Of a stretch of DNA of 64,000 nt, positions 39,424 through 49,791 are shown piece after piece. Within the stretch, counting starts at the first letter, position 1. Every line of letters begins with the position of its first letter. The stretch is taken from positions 608,001 through 672,000 of the forward strand of contig CAVRDX010000001.1 of NCBI GenBank assembly GCA_963719945.1, written 5' to 3'. The notes under the pieces were generated by a model that was not told the DNA's origin, ran no database searches, and worked only from the letters and a program-made list of their open reading frames with translations. Origin of the DNA: an uncultured Thermoplasmata archaeon (GTDB taxonomy: Archaea > Thermoplasmatota > Thermoplasmata > UBA10834). Made by a program: the position numbers and the translations under genes.

Positions 39424-39778
39424 TGTCATGATCGTTGATGATGAGCTGTTCATCGTCGAGTTATACAGGGATATACTTCAGCTCAGAGGATACAAGGTCA
39501 TGATAACCGCTTTCGACGGTGAGGAAGCCGTTAGAAAATATAGCTCGACCGCTGAGAAGCCGGATGTGATAATAATGGATCATAGGATGCCGGTGATGAA
39601 CGGCGTCGAGGCCACAAAGGAGATAATGAGGGAAAATCCCAAGCAGAAGATTGTCTTTGTGAGCGCGGATGTGATGGTGGAGAAGGAGGCGCGGGATGCT
39701 GGAGCATCTGAGTTCCTGCCTAAACCGTTCAGGATGGACGACCTGATCGAGAAGATGGAGCGATTATCTCCTCCATGA
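39416..39778 (+). CDS. Stand-alone response regulator receiver
   Basis: IVDDE, IMDHRMPVMNG, FVSA, LPKPF. Confidence 0.93.
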   Translation: MTSVMIVDDELFIVELYRDILQLRGYKVMITAFDGEEAVRKYSSTAEKPDVIIMDHRMPVMNGVEATKEIMRENPKQKIVFVSADVMVEKEARDAGASEFLPKPFRMDDLIEKMERLSPP

Positions 39779-39884
39779 ACTTCAGATAGGTACGTGCGTA
39801 CTGGCATAAATATTCTTGAATACGTATACAAACCGATAAGTTGAAGAACAGGACCAGCATATTAGGAGAAGGTTGTGCGCAAGG

Positions 39885-40949
39885 ATGTTGGAAAGCTTTA
39901 CCAAGGCAAGGGCAATGAACTTTCCCCGGCAGGTGCTAGCTGGTCACGGTGTAGTTGAAGAGATAGGCACCATGTGCGAGGGGTTCGAGCTTAAAGACAC
40001 CGCACTCATAGTCACCGGTCAGACCACAGGCTCAATCGCAGCCAAGCAGGTCGAGGACATTCTGTCATCCGCCAAGTATGAAGTGCACAAGATCGTCACA
40101 GGCGAGGCGAGCAGGACGAACATCGTGAAGGTTGAGGAAGTCGCCAAGGATGTCAAGGCGGGTTTCCTCCTCGGAGTCGGGGGAGGAAGTAAGATCGACC
40201 TCGCGAAGATTGCATCATTCAACCTTAAAGTACCGTTCCTCAGCGTTCCAACATCCGCTTCCCATGATGGCATCGCAAGTCCCAGAGCGTCGATCAAGGA
40301 CGACGGGAATTCGCTGTCATTGAACGCCAGCGTCCCGATGGGTGTCGTTGCAGATACCTCATTGATTTTCAGAGCGCCCTACAGACTATTGGCATCCGGA
40401 TGTGCAGATGTCATATCGAACACCGCTGCAATCCTGGATTGGGAGCTCGCGCAGAGGCTCAGGAGCGAGAGTTTCAGCTCGAGTGCAGCTAATCTCGCCA
40501 AATACGCCGCAGAATCAATCATCGAGAACGCAGCCATGATCAAACCCAACCTCGAAGAGAGCGTGTGGGTTGCAATCAGGCCAATAATAATCTCTGGCGT
40601 CTCGATGTCCGTAGCAGGTTCCTCCAGGCCCACAAGTGGGTCAGAGCATATGTTCTCACATGTTCTCGATAAAATCGCGCCGGGCAAGGCTCTCCACGGA
40701 GAGCAGTGCGGCGTCGGGTCAATCATGATGATGTACCTCCATGGAGGGAATTGGCAGAGAATACGAGACGCCCTCCTGAGCATAGGTGCTCCCACTAACG
40801 CAAAGGATATGGGAATCACCAACGAGCAGGTAATAGAAGCCCTCGTGCACGCGCACGAGATAAGGAAGGATAGGTACACCATCCTCGGAGACAGAGGATT
40901 GACACCCGACGCAGCGGAACGCCTAGCGTCAATAACCAAAGTGATATGA
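39885..40949 (+). CDS. egsA: sn-glycerol-1-phosphate dehydrogenase
   Basis: GGGSKID, PTSASHDGIAS, SSRPTSGSEHMFSH, LHGEQCG, RYTILG. Confidence 0.95.
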   Translation: MLESFTKARAMNFPRQVLAGHGVVEEIGTMCEGFELKDTALIVTGQTTGSIAAKQVEDILSSAKYEVHKIVTGEASRTNIVKVEEVAKDVKAGFLLGVGGGSKIDLAKIASFNLKVPFLSVPTSASHDGIASPRASIKDDGNSLSLNASVPMGVVADTSLIFRAPYRLLASGCADVISNTAAILDWELAQRLRSESFSSSAANLAKYAAESIIENAAMIKPNLEESVWVAIRPIIISGVSMSVAGSSRPTSGSEHMFSHVLDKIAPGKALHGEQCGVGSIMMMYLHGGNWQRIRDALLSIGAPTNAKDMGITNEQVIEALVHAHEIRKDRYTILGDRGLTPDAAERLASITKVI

Positions 40950-40967
40950 TGAAAAAGGGTGTCGGAT

Positions 40968-41393
40968 ATGGTACTGGTCACAGTCGTCGGAGAGCTTCAA
41001 TGCAAGAGAGGTTTCGAATTCGTCTTCGGTGGTTCCCTTGCGGAATGCAGGGATTGCAAGGTGAAGAATATCTGTTTCCACCTCGATGAGAACAAATGGT
41101 ACAGGATAACGGACATCAGAGATGTCCGACATGAGTGCAAGGTCCACGAGGGAGGCGTTCGTGTCGTGGAAGTCGAGCGGATACCTTCCAGAGCAGCGAT
41201 ACCATCCAGAGCCGCGCTGCAGGGGTCTACGGTGACTTATGAGGCGGTCGACTGCCACCGGGTTGGATGCCCCAACTATAAGATGTGCAGACCTCCAGGC
41301 ACAGTGGATGGTACCAGATTCAAGATAATCTCGATCAATGGCGACATCGAATGTCCTTCGGGAAAGAGCCTCAAGGCCGTCTCGCTCGAATGA
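40968..41393 (+). CDS. UPF0179 family protein
   Basis: VTVVG, ECRDCKVKNIC, HECKVH, CHRVGCPNYKMC, ECP; typical egsA neighbour. Confidence 0.85.
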   Translation: MVLVTVVGELQCKRGFEFVFGGSLAECRDCKVKNICFHLDENKWYRITDIRDVRHECKVHEGGVRVVEVERIPSRAAIPSRAALQGSTVTYEAVDCHRVGCPNYKMCRPPGTVDGTRFKIISINGDIECPSGKSLKAVSLE

Positions 41394-43098
41394 CTACGAA
41401 CAAGACGACCATTGCAAGCACAGGCACGAGAATCGTGGGGAATTCGGGGATCGCCTCAGCAGATACAGTGATAGTGACCGAATCAAGATCGTAGTTATCG
41501 GACTCATCTGTTACGTTCAGCACGACGACATATATCCCTTCAGACCAGAAACGGAACGTGGGTGACTCTCCGGTCAGTACTACTTCTGAACCGTTGTAGG
41601 TGAATGTCCATGTGTAGCTCGCAATCGGCTCGTAGCTCACTGAACCTGATCCATCGAATGCTACCAACTCACCGATGCTGATTGCCTGGTCCGGACCCGC
41701 ATCCGCCTCCGGATGATCAGACGACGGTAGCACGCTGAATGAATATACGTCATAAGGCGAATATCGAGGGCTCATCAGTTCCACACCCCCCAGGTCAGAC
41801 GCGATTACGTAATACTCGATCTCGCTCCCCGAGGGCTGAGATGGGATGGTGCCTTGGTACCTGTAGGCTGGATCAGAACTGGTCATTGGAATAACGGTCC
41901 ATGCCCCACCTTCGACCCTATAGACCAACTCGACCGCATCCGAATCCACTCCTCGATCAGCGGTGATGTCTGCAGTTACGACAAAACCATCGCTGTCGAA
42001 CTCGGAATCTGTGAGAGATGTGTGGACTATGCTGAAGGGCCGCTCCTCCCGATCGCCTGCAATCTCTATCGCAAGCAAGGCAGGTGGCACATTCTCACTC
42101 AGTATGCCTAGAACGTCGCTCTCGAAGTCAGGGTTGAAATCATGGCCGATCTCGAATAGTATCGAATAGACATCTGGACCACCATATAGCCAATCGAGAG
42201 TGTCGCCAGTCGTGGGGTATATCTCAGAGGATTGAAGCGCATCATATCCGTTGAGGGCCGCGAGTTCAATCCCGATCCGTTCGAGATCGACATCATCCTC
42301 GGCAGGGTCCAGTGTATAGCCCCAAGGCCATGCCACATCGTCACCGTAGGAATGGAAGTCGATACCGATCTGGAAATCGTGCGAAAGAGCAAGGTCTCGT
42401 ATTGCCTGGGTCTCTGGTTCTGAAAACGGATATTCGCCACAATACAAGTCATTGGAGGGGACATCAGACGTTCCGACGCCACCCCATTCACCCAAAGGAT
42501 CTCCATTCTCTGAACCAGCATAATTACGGTTAAGATCCACGCCATACGAGCCATCAAGGTTGTCTCGACGGTTCTTTCGCCACATGTCATCGTTCAGGAG
42601 GGAATAATCCAGTCCATCAGGGTTTACGACAGGAACGATCCATATCTCCCTGTTGTCCACGAGCCAGCTGATGCGGGTGTCTGAGCCATACTCATCAGTC
42701 AGGTTCTCGATTATCGCCAACGTGGTCGTGTATGTCGACCATTCCCTCGCGTGATGAAGAGACATTATCAAGATTTCGGGCTCATCCTCATCGACGGCCA
42801 CATTGTCAGAGATCTTGATTGCAAGTATGTCCCTATCGGCGATGCCTTCCGTCTTCTCCCACGAATCACCGATATCGACGACAAGAGCAATCTCAGAATG
42901 GTCCGATTCCGTCTCATCGAGATTCGCCTTGACTTGCGAGTAATCCATGTACTCATAGTACACAGGCGGTCCTGCGGTCAATGAGTCGCCAGTTGCAGCA
43001 TCCACGGGTTTCGGTATGAATGCTATGAATGCACCGCCAATCATGAATGCAATAGACAGTAACGATATGGAGAGGGTCAATCCCCCTTTCAGTGCCAT
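41371..43098 (-). CDS. Secreted M14 Zn-carboxypeptidase (CpT-like) with PKD domain and PEF-CTERM-like anchor
   Basis: Signal peptide; HHAREW, NPDG, WRKNR, GVDLNRNY, SEPET, DFHSY; ADAGPDQ..FDGSGS..YTW; AIPEFP-TM-RARR. Confidence 0.92.
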   Translation of the reverse strand: MALKGGLTLSISLLSIAFMIGGAFIAFIPKPVDAATGDSLTAGPPVYYEYMDYSQVKANLDETESDHSEIALVVDIGDSWEKTEGIADRDILAIKISDNVAVDEDEPEILIMSLHHAREWSTYTTTLAIIENLTDEYGSDTRISWLVDNREIWIVPVVNPDGLDYSLLNDDMWRKNRRDNLDGSYGVDLNRNYAGSENGDPLGEWGGVGTSDVPSNDLYCGEYPFSEPETQAIRDLALSHDFQIGIDFHSYGDDVAWPWGYTLDPAEDDVDLERIGIELAALNGYDALQSSEIYPTTGDTLDWLYGGPDVYSILFEIGHDFNPDFESDVLGILSENVPPALLAIEIAGDREERPFSIVHTSLTDSEFDSDGFVVTADITADRGVDSDAVELVYRVEGGAWTVIPMTSSDPAYRYQGTIPSQPSGSEIEYYVIASDLGGVELMSPRYSPYDVYSFSVLPSSDHPEADAGPDQAISIGELVAFDGSGSVSYEPIASYTWTFTYNGSEVVLTGESPTFRFWSEGIYVVVLNVTDESDNYDLDSVTITVSAEAIPEFPTILVPVLAMVVLFVVIRARRP

Positions 43099-43205
43099 GC
43101 AGATATCACCTCAGCGTAAGTTCACTAGTACGAAGGATTCGAGTTGCATGTACATGATTGTGGGATGGTATATATGCAGATTCCCGTTGGCAAAGTGACT
43201 ACTGA

Positions 43206-43451
43206 CTAGCCCCCACTTACGGGTGGGAGAAACGAGACCTCGTCTCCCTCGCTCAGGACCCTAGCAGGAGCGCCATATTCTTTGTTCACTGAGAGGATAA
43301 TGTGCTCTTTGTAGCGCTCAAGAATTGGAAATCTAGCGATGTAAGCATCGAGAAGGTCCTTGACAGTTGCCCCCTTCGGAACCTCGATGTCCTCCTCCTT
43401 GGATCCGACAATCTCTCTAAAGGATGCGAATAACTTCACTTTGATCTTCAT
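43206..43451 (-). CDS. MoaD/SAMP ubiquitin-like sulfur carrier
   Basis: VKLFASFRE, SVN, GDEVSFLPPVSGG. Confidence 0.92.
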   Translation of the reverse strand: MKIKVKLFASFREIVGSKEEDIEVPKGATVKDLLDAYIARFPILERYKEHIILSVNKEYGAPARVLSEGDEVSFLPPVSGG

Positions 43452-43652
43452 TGAGTCAACCTCGGATTTTTGCTTAGGCAATCAACGTAAATAGAAACAT
43501 TCATATTCAAACCATCGGAATCGCATGAATGTACATGCATGATCATGATGAGCGTTTCACTGGAAATCGCGGATTCACCCTGTTATCACTATTCCTAGAT
43601 TATTTACATGAACATCAGATTTTTAAAAAGCAACTGGCGCGGTGCTTCGCTC

Positions 43653-43675
43653 ACACACCTGATAACACACCTGAT
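43653..43675. repeat. Perfect tandem 11-mer direct repeat ACACACCTGAT x2
   Basis: Copies at 43653-43663 and 43665-43675, immediately before TATAATATA. Confidence 0.75.
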
Positions 43676-43925
43676 TATAATATATTCGCTCTGGAGTGGA
43701 ACGGATGGAAAATATGTTATCAAGTCGTGTTTGAAAACTTCTTTAAATCATGTTAGCCGATTGCCTAGTCTGCACGCAGCAGCAAGGCTTTTCGCCTCAA
43801 GTAAATAAACATCGAGGGGAAAAGGCGTTGCCTTCTCTTCATACAGTGAAGGGCAAGGCTATCAATCGGTGCATTCCACTTTCAGACACGCCGATCAGAG
43901 AGTGGGGATTCAAGAGGGGGACCAG

Positions 43926-46900
43926 ATGTCAAGTACACCCAAGTATCAGCAGGGGGATTCTGCCGCTTCGTCCATGAACAGACGACTGTCGACAGACTCG
44001 GGATGGGATCTCGAACCGCAGATAACCTCCAATGCGAGAACTGTTCTTGAGAGGAGATATCTGCGCAAGGATGACAAGGGTAATACAATAGAGACTCCCA
44101 AAGGATTGTTCGAAAGAGTTGCTAGAGCCATCGCTTCCGCTGAGAAGAATTATGGCAAAAGCGATGCAGAGGTCGACAAGATTGCATCCAAATTCTACGA
44201 GATGATGGCCAGGCTGGAGTTCGTGCCCAACAGCCCGACACTCATGAACGCAGGAAGGGACCTCGGCCAATTATCAGCGTGCTTCGTCCTCCCGATAGGA
44301 GATTCGATGGAGGAGATCTTCGATGCGATCAAATACACAGCGCTGATCCACAAATGCCTCGCCCCAGAAACGCTCGTCATGACAGACGCGGGGTGTAGGA
44401 TGCTCGGGACCATCGAACCTGGCACCTGGATTGAGACACACGAGGGGATGGACCTTGTAGAATCCAAGCATTCCAATGGCATTCAGGAGACATTTACATT
44501 AGAAACTGAAGAGGGTTACTGCATAACAGGCACCCCACTTCACAGGATCATGGTGAAGAACGACAGCGGGGATTTCTGCTGGCGTAAGATCGGTCAGATA
44601 TCGGAAGGAACCCGAGCAGTCATGAAACTGGGCGGATGGCTCGGCGGAATCGAGGTTGAAGTATCCCAGGACATTCTGGAACTTGCGAAATTCGGTGTCG
44701 ATGAACAGACCGTAAAGATTGATGAGCACGCGATGTGCGAATTCCTCAGGCGCACTTTCAGCGAACGGGGATGGATATCACCCAGGGGTGTGATTAGTGT
44801 AGATTTCATATCACACAGGCTCGCGTCACAGATCCAGGTCATCCTGTTCTACATAGGCGTTCCTGCAATAAGAAAGAACGAACAATTGACGATATGCACC
44901 AAATCCGGCCTCGAGGTCTTCAAGGAGAAGATCGGATTCGAATCCATGGTATTGACGAAGAGGCTCAGCGAGATCGACCCAGAAAGCATGGAGAAGGAGC
45001 TCAATAGCATGGGTTGCAGTCACGAAGAGCCAGACGACCAGGGCTACTTCCTAGTAAAAGTGAAGAACATCGTTCCTGCCGGGAAGAGAGAGGTCGTCGA
45101 TCTGACGGTTCCAGGAAGGCACTCATACCTCGCCAACGGGTTCGTCTCACATAACAGCGGTGGAGGGACGGGATTCAGTTTCTCGAGATTGAGGCCGGCT
45201 AGCGATTCCGTCAAGAGCACCGCGGGCGTCTCCAGCGGCCCGATATCATTCATGGAAGTGTTCAATGCCGCCACTGAGACCATAAAGCAGGGAGGCACCA
45301 GACGCGGGGCCAATATGGGGATTCTCCGCGTAGACCATCCGGATATATTCTCATTCATAACGAGCAAGAAGGACAGCACGAAACTCACCAACTTCAACAT
45401 ATCAGTCGCCCTGACGGACAAATTCATGGATGCGGTGGTGGAAGACACCGATTATGACCTCCTGAACCCTAGGACAAAGGAGGTCGCCTCCAGGATCAGA
45501 GCAAGAAAGATATTCGACATGATAGTCAACATGGCCTGGAGGAACGGAGAACCAGGCATCGTGTTCCTGGACAGGATGAACAGGGACAATCCCACACCGG
45601 AAGTTGGGGAGATAGAGAGCACTAACCCTTGCGGCGAACAGCCCTTGCTGCCCTACGAATCGTGCAATCTCGGCTCGATCAACCTTGCCAGGATCATCTC
45701 AACCAAGGATGGGAGGCAGGTCGTCGATTTCGAGAAGCTCAGAGACCTAGTCCATTGGTCAACCCGATTCCTCGACGATGTCATAGACGTGAACAAGTAC
45801 CCTCTCCCACAGATAGAGGAGATGACGAAGGGCAACAGGAAGATCGGATTAGGAGTCATGGGATTCGCGGACATGCTTCTGATAATGGGCATGCCTTACG
45901 ATTCGGATGAGGCGCTCGATCTCGGTCGCAAGATAATGAAGTTCATCAACGACGAGGGACACAAGGCATCGGTCGCCCTCGCCGTGGAAAGGGGGAGTTT
46001 CCCGAACTTCCAGGGGAGCACCTTGAAGCAGAGGTATGATCGGATCAGGAATGCGACAGTCACGACCATTGCTCCAACTGGCACGATAAGCATCATATCG
46101 GGGGCATCGAGCGGTGTCGAACCGATCTTCGCCGTGGCATATGTACGCAATGTGATGGACAAGGACATACTTCCCGAGGTGAACCCGATATTCGAAGCGA
46201 TGGCCCAAGGAAGAGGGTTCTACTCTGATGACCTCATGAAGGAGATAGCCGCGAAAGGGTCTCTGAAGGACGTGCGCGGTGTGCCAGAAGATGTGCAGAG
46301 GGTGTTCGTGACCGCACTGGACATCTCCCCTGAATGGCACATCAAGATGCAGGGCGCCTTCCAGGAGCACACTGACAACGCAGTATCCAAGACCGTCAAC
46401 TTCCCGGCCGAAGCAACACCCAAGGACGTCGAGAACGTCTACATGCGGGCCTATGAGCTCGGATGCAAAGGGGTTACCGTGTACAGGTACGGTAGCAGGG
46501 AAGACCAGGTTCTGAGCGTAGGTGGCGAGAGTGCCGCAGAGAAGATTGAGAGCGAAGGATCCCTAGAAGACGACCAATCGAAGGTGCCGCGAGCCAGACC
46601 TTCCGTGACCCGTGGGACGACCCAGAGGATGGAGACAGGTTGTGGCCACCTGTATATCACGATCAATGTCGACGAGAATGGATTGTGTGAGGTATTCACA
46701 CAGATGGGCAAATCTGGTGGGTGCACAGCATCCCAATCGGAGGCAATAGGGAGATTGATCTCCCTCGCCCTCCGTTCGGGCATAGATCCAGAGTCGATAA
46801 TCAAGCAACTCAGGGGGATAAGATGCCCTTCCCCGCTATGGCAACCTGGAGGGATGGTGCTGTCATGTAGTGATGCGGTCGCCAAGTCACTTGAGAGGTT

Positions 46901-47087
46901 CGTCAAGGACCTCGAGGTGTCGAAGGTCGACCAGCAGATCGCTTTGGCACAGAAACCAGAAACGGGCAAGCAGAACCATGTGGACAAGGGTGATGTCTGT
47001 CCAGAATGCCCTGAGTGTGGGAGCATGGTGGAATATGTCGAGGGATGCGTCGTATGCAGGACCTGCGGCTATTCTCGATGCTGGTGA
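43926..47087 (+). CDS. nrdJ: Class II (B12-dependent) ribonucleotide reductase with intein, TSCPD-like domain and C-terminal Zn finger
   Basis: PNSPTLMNAG, QLSACFV, QGGTRRGANM, TNPCGEQ, TIAPTG; C-terminal CPECG..EGCVVCRTCGYSRC; SD GAGGGGG. Confidence 0.95.
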   Translation: MSSTPKYQQGDSAASSMNRRLSTDSGWDLEPQITSNARTVLERRYLRKDDKGNTIETPKGLFERVARAIASAEKNYGKSDAEVDKIASKFYEMMARLEFVPNSPTLMNAGRDLGQLSACFVLPIGDSMEEIFDAIKYTALIHKCLAPETLVMTDAGCRMLGTIEPGTWIETHEGMDLVESKHSNGIQETFTLETEEGYCITGTPLHRIMVKNDSGDFCWRKIGQISEGTRAVMKLGGWLGGIEVEVSQDILELAKFGVDEQTVKIDEHAMCEFLRRTFSERGWISPRGVISVDFISHRLASQIQVILFYIGVPAIRKNEQLTICTKSGLEVFKEKIGFESMVLTKRLSEIDPESMEKELNSMGCSHEEPDDQGYFLVKVKNIVPAGKREVVDLTVPGRHSYLANGFVSHNSGGGTGFSFSRLRPASDSVKSTAGVSSGPISFMEVFNAATETIKQGGTRRGANMGILRVDHPDIFSFITSKKDSTKLTNFNISVALTDKFMDAVVEDTDYDLLNPRTKEVASRIRARKIFDMIVNMAWRNGEPGIVFLDRMNRDNPTPEVGEIESTNPCGEQPLLPYESCNLGSINLARIISTKDGRQVVDFEKLRDLVHWSTRFLDDVIDVNKYPLPQIEEMTKGNRKIGLGVMGFADMLLIMGMPYDSDEALDLGRKIMKFINDEGHKASVALAVERGSFPNFQGSTLKQRYDRIRNATVTTIAPTGTISIISGASSGVEPIFAVAYVRNVMDKDILPEVNPIFEAMAQGRGFYSDDLMKEIAAKGSLKDVRGVPEDVQRVFVTALDISPEWHIKMQGAFQEHTDNAVSKTVNFPAEATPKDVENVYMRAYELGCKGVTVYRYGSREDQVLSVGGESAAEKIESEGSLEDDQSKVPRARPSVTRGTTQRMETGCGHLYITINVDENGLCEVFTQMGKSGGCTASQSEAIGRLISLALRSGIDPESIIKQLRGIRCPSPLWQPGGMVLSCSDAVAKSLERFVKDLEVSKVDQQIALAQKPETGKQNHVDKGDVCPECPECGSMVEYVEGCVVCRTCGYSRCW
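44355..45155 (+). mobile_element. 267-aa intein with decayed LAGLIDADG remnant
   Basis: Extein ALIHK|SGGGTG interrupted by CLAPETLV..TGTPLHRI..VVDLTVP..HSYLANGFVSHN; Ser at +1. Confidence 0.93.
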
Positions 47088-47113
47088 GTACAAAAGAGGG
47101 AACAGAAACATCT

Positions 47114-47160
47114 TGCACTCGGTCCCTGGGGGTGAGGGGCCGGTGCACATCAATTTTTTC
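47114..47160 (+). terminator. GC hairpin plus T-tract after nrdJ
   Basis: TGCAC-T-CGGTCCCT / AGGGGCCG-GTGCA followed by TTTTTT. Confidence 0.7.
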
Positions 47161-47406
47161 CAATCAGCAAACGTGATTCTGAAAGGTATCCTACAGGTAA
47201 TGCCAACAGGGTTGAACCACGCGATGGGTGCATAGAGTGTGTGGCGTCGACAGCTCTGTCCTGTCACGGGCATGTTGGATGCAGGGACGGCGATTGAGCA
47301 TACTGCGATCTGTCAGCTCAGGGGCAGGGCCTTCGGCCCATCATTTATGAAAAGGGTTTACACCCCGATGCCCATCACCCAAGAGGATCGAAGGAAGCTG
47401 GAAATC

Positions 47407-48381
47407 ATGGATAGGCAGAGCAAGAGGATGATCAAGGACCTCAAGCCAGGCGAGAAGGTCGAGAGCTACTTTTCTGTGGCATATAAGAAGCCAGTCACCG
47501 AGTATAGATATGGCAACATGTTCGAGTTCAGGGCAGCTGACAGGACGGGGCAGATAACGGTCAAGTATTGGGGGGACGACGACAAAGGTTCGGTACAGAA
47601 GCTGCACGAATCCTTTGACAGAGACGATGTGGTCAGCATATCCGGCGAGGTCTCTGACTATAGGGGCCAGGTCGAGATATCTATAAGCAAGAAGAACGGA
47701 GGATCCATGACCGTGCTGGGAGAGGACGAGTATGAGATCTCCTCTCTGATACCGACCATCGACGGAATCGAGGAATTGAAGACCAGGTTGTTCACCATAG
47801 TCCTCCAGGTCGATGAACCATACATGAGGGAACTGCTACAATCATTCTTCCAGGATCCCGCGTTCATGAAGGAATTCTCCGCATGTCCCGCATCGATCCA
47901 GCTTCACTCGGCTGCATTCGGAGGGCTCATCCATCACACCCTGAATGTTACAGAGACTTGTATCCATCTCACACGGCAACACCCTGAGCTGGACAAGGAC
48001 CTGGTGATAACTGGCGCCCTGCTCCACGATATCGGAAAGGTCCGCAGTTTCAAGACCACGACCCACATCAACCAAACCCACGAAGGCAACCTCCTGGGCC
48101 ACATAGCCATCGGCGATGAAGAGCTCATTTCGCACATATCGGATATAGAAGGATTCCCAGATGACCTCCGGATGAAGCTGCGACATGTCCTGCTTTCCCA
48201 CCACGGCAAGAAGGAGTGGGGCTCACCTATCGATCCCATGATGCCTGAAGCGTTGGCGGTTCACGAGGCTGACGACACCGATGCCAAGATAGACTATATG
48301 ATATCCCGACGACGCGACGCTCAGACGGAAGACGACTGGATATGGGATCACAGGCTCGGAAGATTGGTCTATCTCAAGTGA
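47407..48381 (+). CDS. YhaM-like OB-fold/HD 3'-5' exoribonuclease
   Basis: ADRTGQI..YW OB fold; PAS..HSA..GGLIHHT, LLHDIGK, LLGHI, LSHHG..WGSP. Confidence 0.9.
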   Translation: MDRQSKRMIKDLKPGEKVESYFSVAYKKPVTEYRYGNMFEFRAADRTGQITVKYWGDDDKGSVQKLHESFDRDDVVSISGEVSDYRGQVEISISKKNGGSMTVLGEDEYEISSLIPTIDGIEELKTRLFTIVLQVDEPYMRELLQSFFQDPAFMKEFSACPASIQLHSAAFGGLIHHTLNVTETCIHLTRQHPELDKDLVITGALLHDIGKVRSFKTTTHINQTHEGNLLGHIAIGDEELISHISDIEGFPDDLRMKLRHVLLSHHGKKEWGSPIDPMMPEALAVHEADDTDAKIDYMISRRRDAQTEDDWIWDHRLGRLVYLK

Positions 48382-48477
48382 CCCTAAGAGTAACAATCCC
48401 GGCACATATATGTGCATTGATGCGCGCAAAAGATATATAGTGTACGGACACTCCATATTCATATATGGAGGGGTACC

Positions 48478-49779
48478 TTGAGACCAGTGAAGACTGAACT
48501 TACACCTGAAGAGATGCCAAAGAGATGGTACAACATATTGCCAGACCTGCCGGAGCCACTAGATCCACCATTGCACCCGGGCACCAAGCAGCCGATTCAG
48601 TCATCTGATTTAGAGCCGATATTCCCGAAAGCACTCATTGCGCAGGAGATGTCCTCCGAGAGATACATCGACATCCCAGATGAGGTTCTGCAATCATACA
48701 TGCACATAAACAGGCCGAGCCCACTTCAGAGAGCCATAAGGCTAGAAGAGGCATTGAAGACCCCGGCCAAGATCTATTTCAAGAGAGAGGATCTCAGCCC
48801 TGCAGGCAGTCATAAGACAAACACCGCCCTCGCGCAGGTATACTATAACATGAAGGAAGGTGTAACGAAACTCACTACCGAGACTGGTGCTGGCCAATGG
48901 GGTACCGCGCTTGCGATGGCCACGAACTACTTCGGACTCAAGTGTCAAGTCTTCATGGTCAGGGCGAGCTACGATCAAAAGCCATACAGACGAGAGATGA
49001 TACGATTGTTCGGTGCGGAGGTGCACCCGTCGCCAAGCACCCTGACAGAGTTCGGCAACAAGCTCCTCGGCCAGAACCCGAATCATCCAGGATCCCTCGG
49101 CATCGCGATCAGTGAGGCGCTCGAGACATGCGTGAAGGACGGAAATGCGAAGTACAGCCTTGGAAGCGTCCTGAACCACGTGATGCTCCACCAGACTGTA
49201 ATCGGACAGGAAACTATCCTTCAGTTCCAGAAGCTCGGTGAGAAGCCGGATTATCTCATAGGGTGTGTCGGAGGAGGTTCTAATTTCGCAGGGTTCACAT
49301 TCCCGTTCATCGGACAGAAGTTGAAAGGGAAGATGGACACCGAATTCATCGCTGTGGAACCCACGGTCGTACCGACACTCACCAATGGCAAGTTCGAATA
49401 CGATTTCGGTGACACTGCGGGGATGACGCCGCTCCTCATGATGTACACCTTGGGTCACGATTTTGTGCCATCGCCAATCCATGCCGGAGGATTGAGATAC
49501 CATGGCGCAGCACCGACCGTTAGCGCCTTGGTCAAATCGAAGATGGTGAAGCCGGTTTCCTACCAGCAGAAGGAAGTATTCGATGCAGCAGTTATGTTTG
49601 CCAGGGCAGAAGGCATCATCCCTGCACCGGAGACGAGCCATGCGATAAAGGCGGCCATCGACCTTGCTCTAGAGGCAAAGAAGAACAACGAGGAGAAGGT
49701 CATCGCGTTCAACCTATCAGGACATGGCCTTATGGATCTGGGCGGATACCAGCAATACCTCGATGGGAAGATGGCGTAG
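48478..49779 (+). CDS. trpB2: TrpB2 (stand-alone tryptophan synthase beta-like PLP enzyme)
   Basis: [53 protein letters not shown]. Confidence 0.93.
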   Translation: MRPVKTELTPEEMPKRWYNILPDLPEPLDPPLHPGTKQPIQSSDLEPIFPKALIAQEMSSERYIDIPDEVLQSYMHINRPSPLQRAIRLEEALKTPAKIYFKREDLSPAGSHKTNTALAQVYYNMKEGVTKLTTETGAGQWGTALAMATNYFGLKCQVFMVRASYDQKPYRREMIRLFGAEVHPSPSTLTEFGNKLLGQNPNHPGSLGIAISEALETCVKDGNAKYSLGSVLNHVMLHQTVIGQETILQFQKLGEKPDYLIGCVGGGSNFAGFTFPFIGQKLKGKMDTEFIAVEPTVVPTLTNGKFEYDFGDTAGMTPLLMMYTLGHDFVPSPIHAGGLRYHGAAPTVSALVKSKMVKPVSYQQKEVFDAAVMFARAEGIIPAPETSHAIKAAIDLALEAKKNNEEKVIAFNLSGHGLMDLGGYQQYLDGKMA

Positions 49780-49791
49780 ACTAAAAACCGA

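Noticed and set aside
43554-43567. GTTTCACTGGAAAT resembles an ORB (replication origin) box in an AT-rich gap
   Set aside because: Single convincing copy, no G-string and no orc1/cdc6 gene in the window
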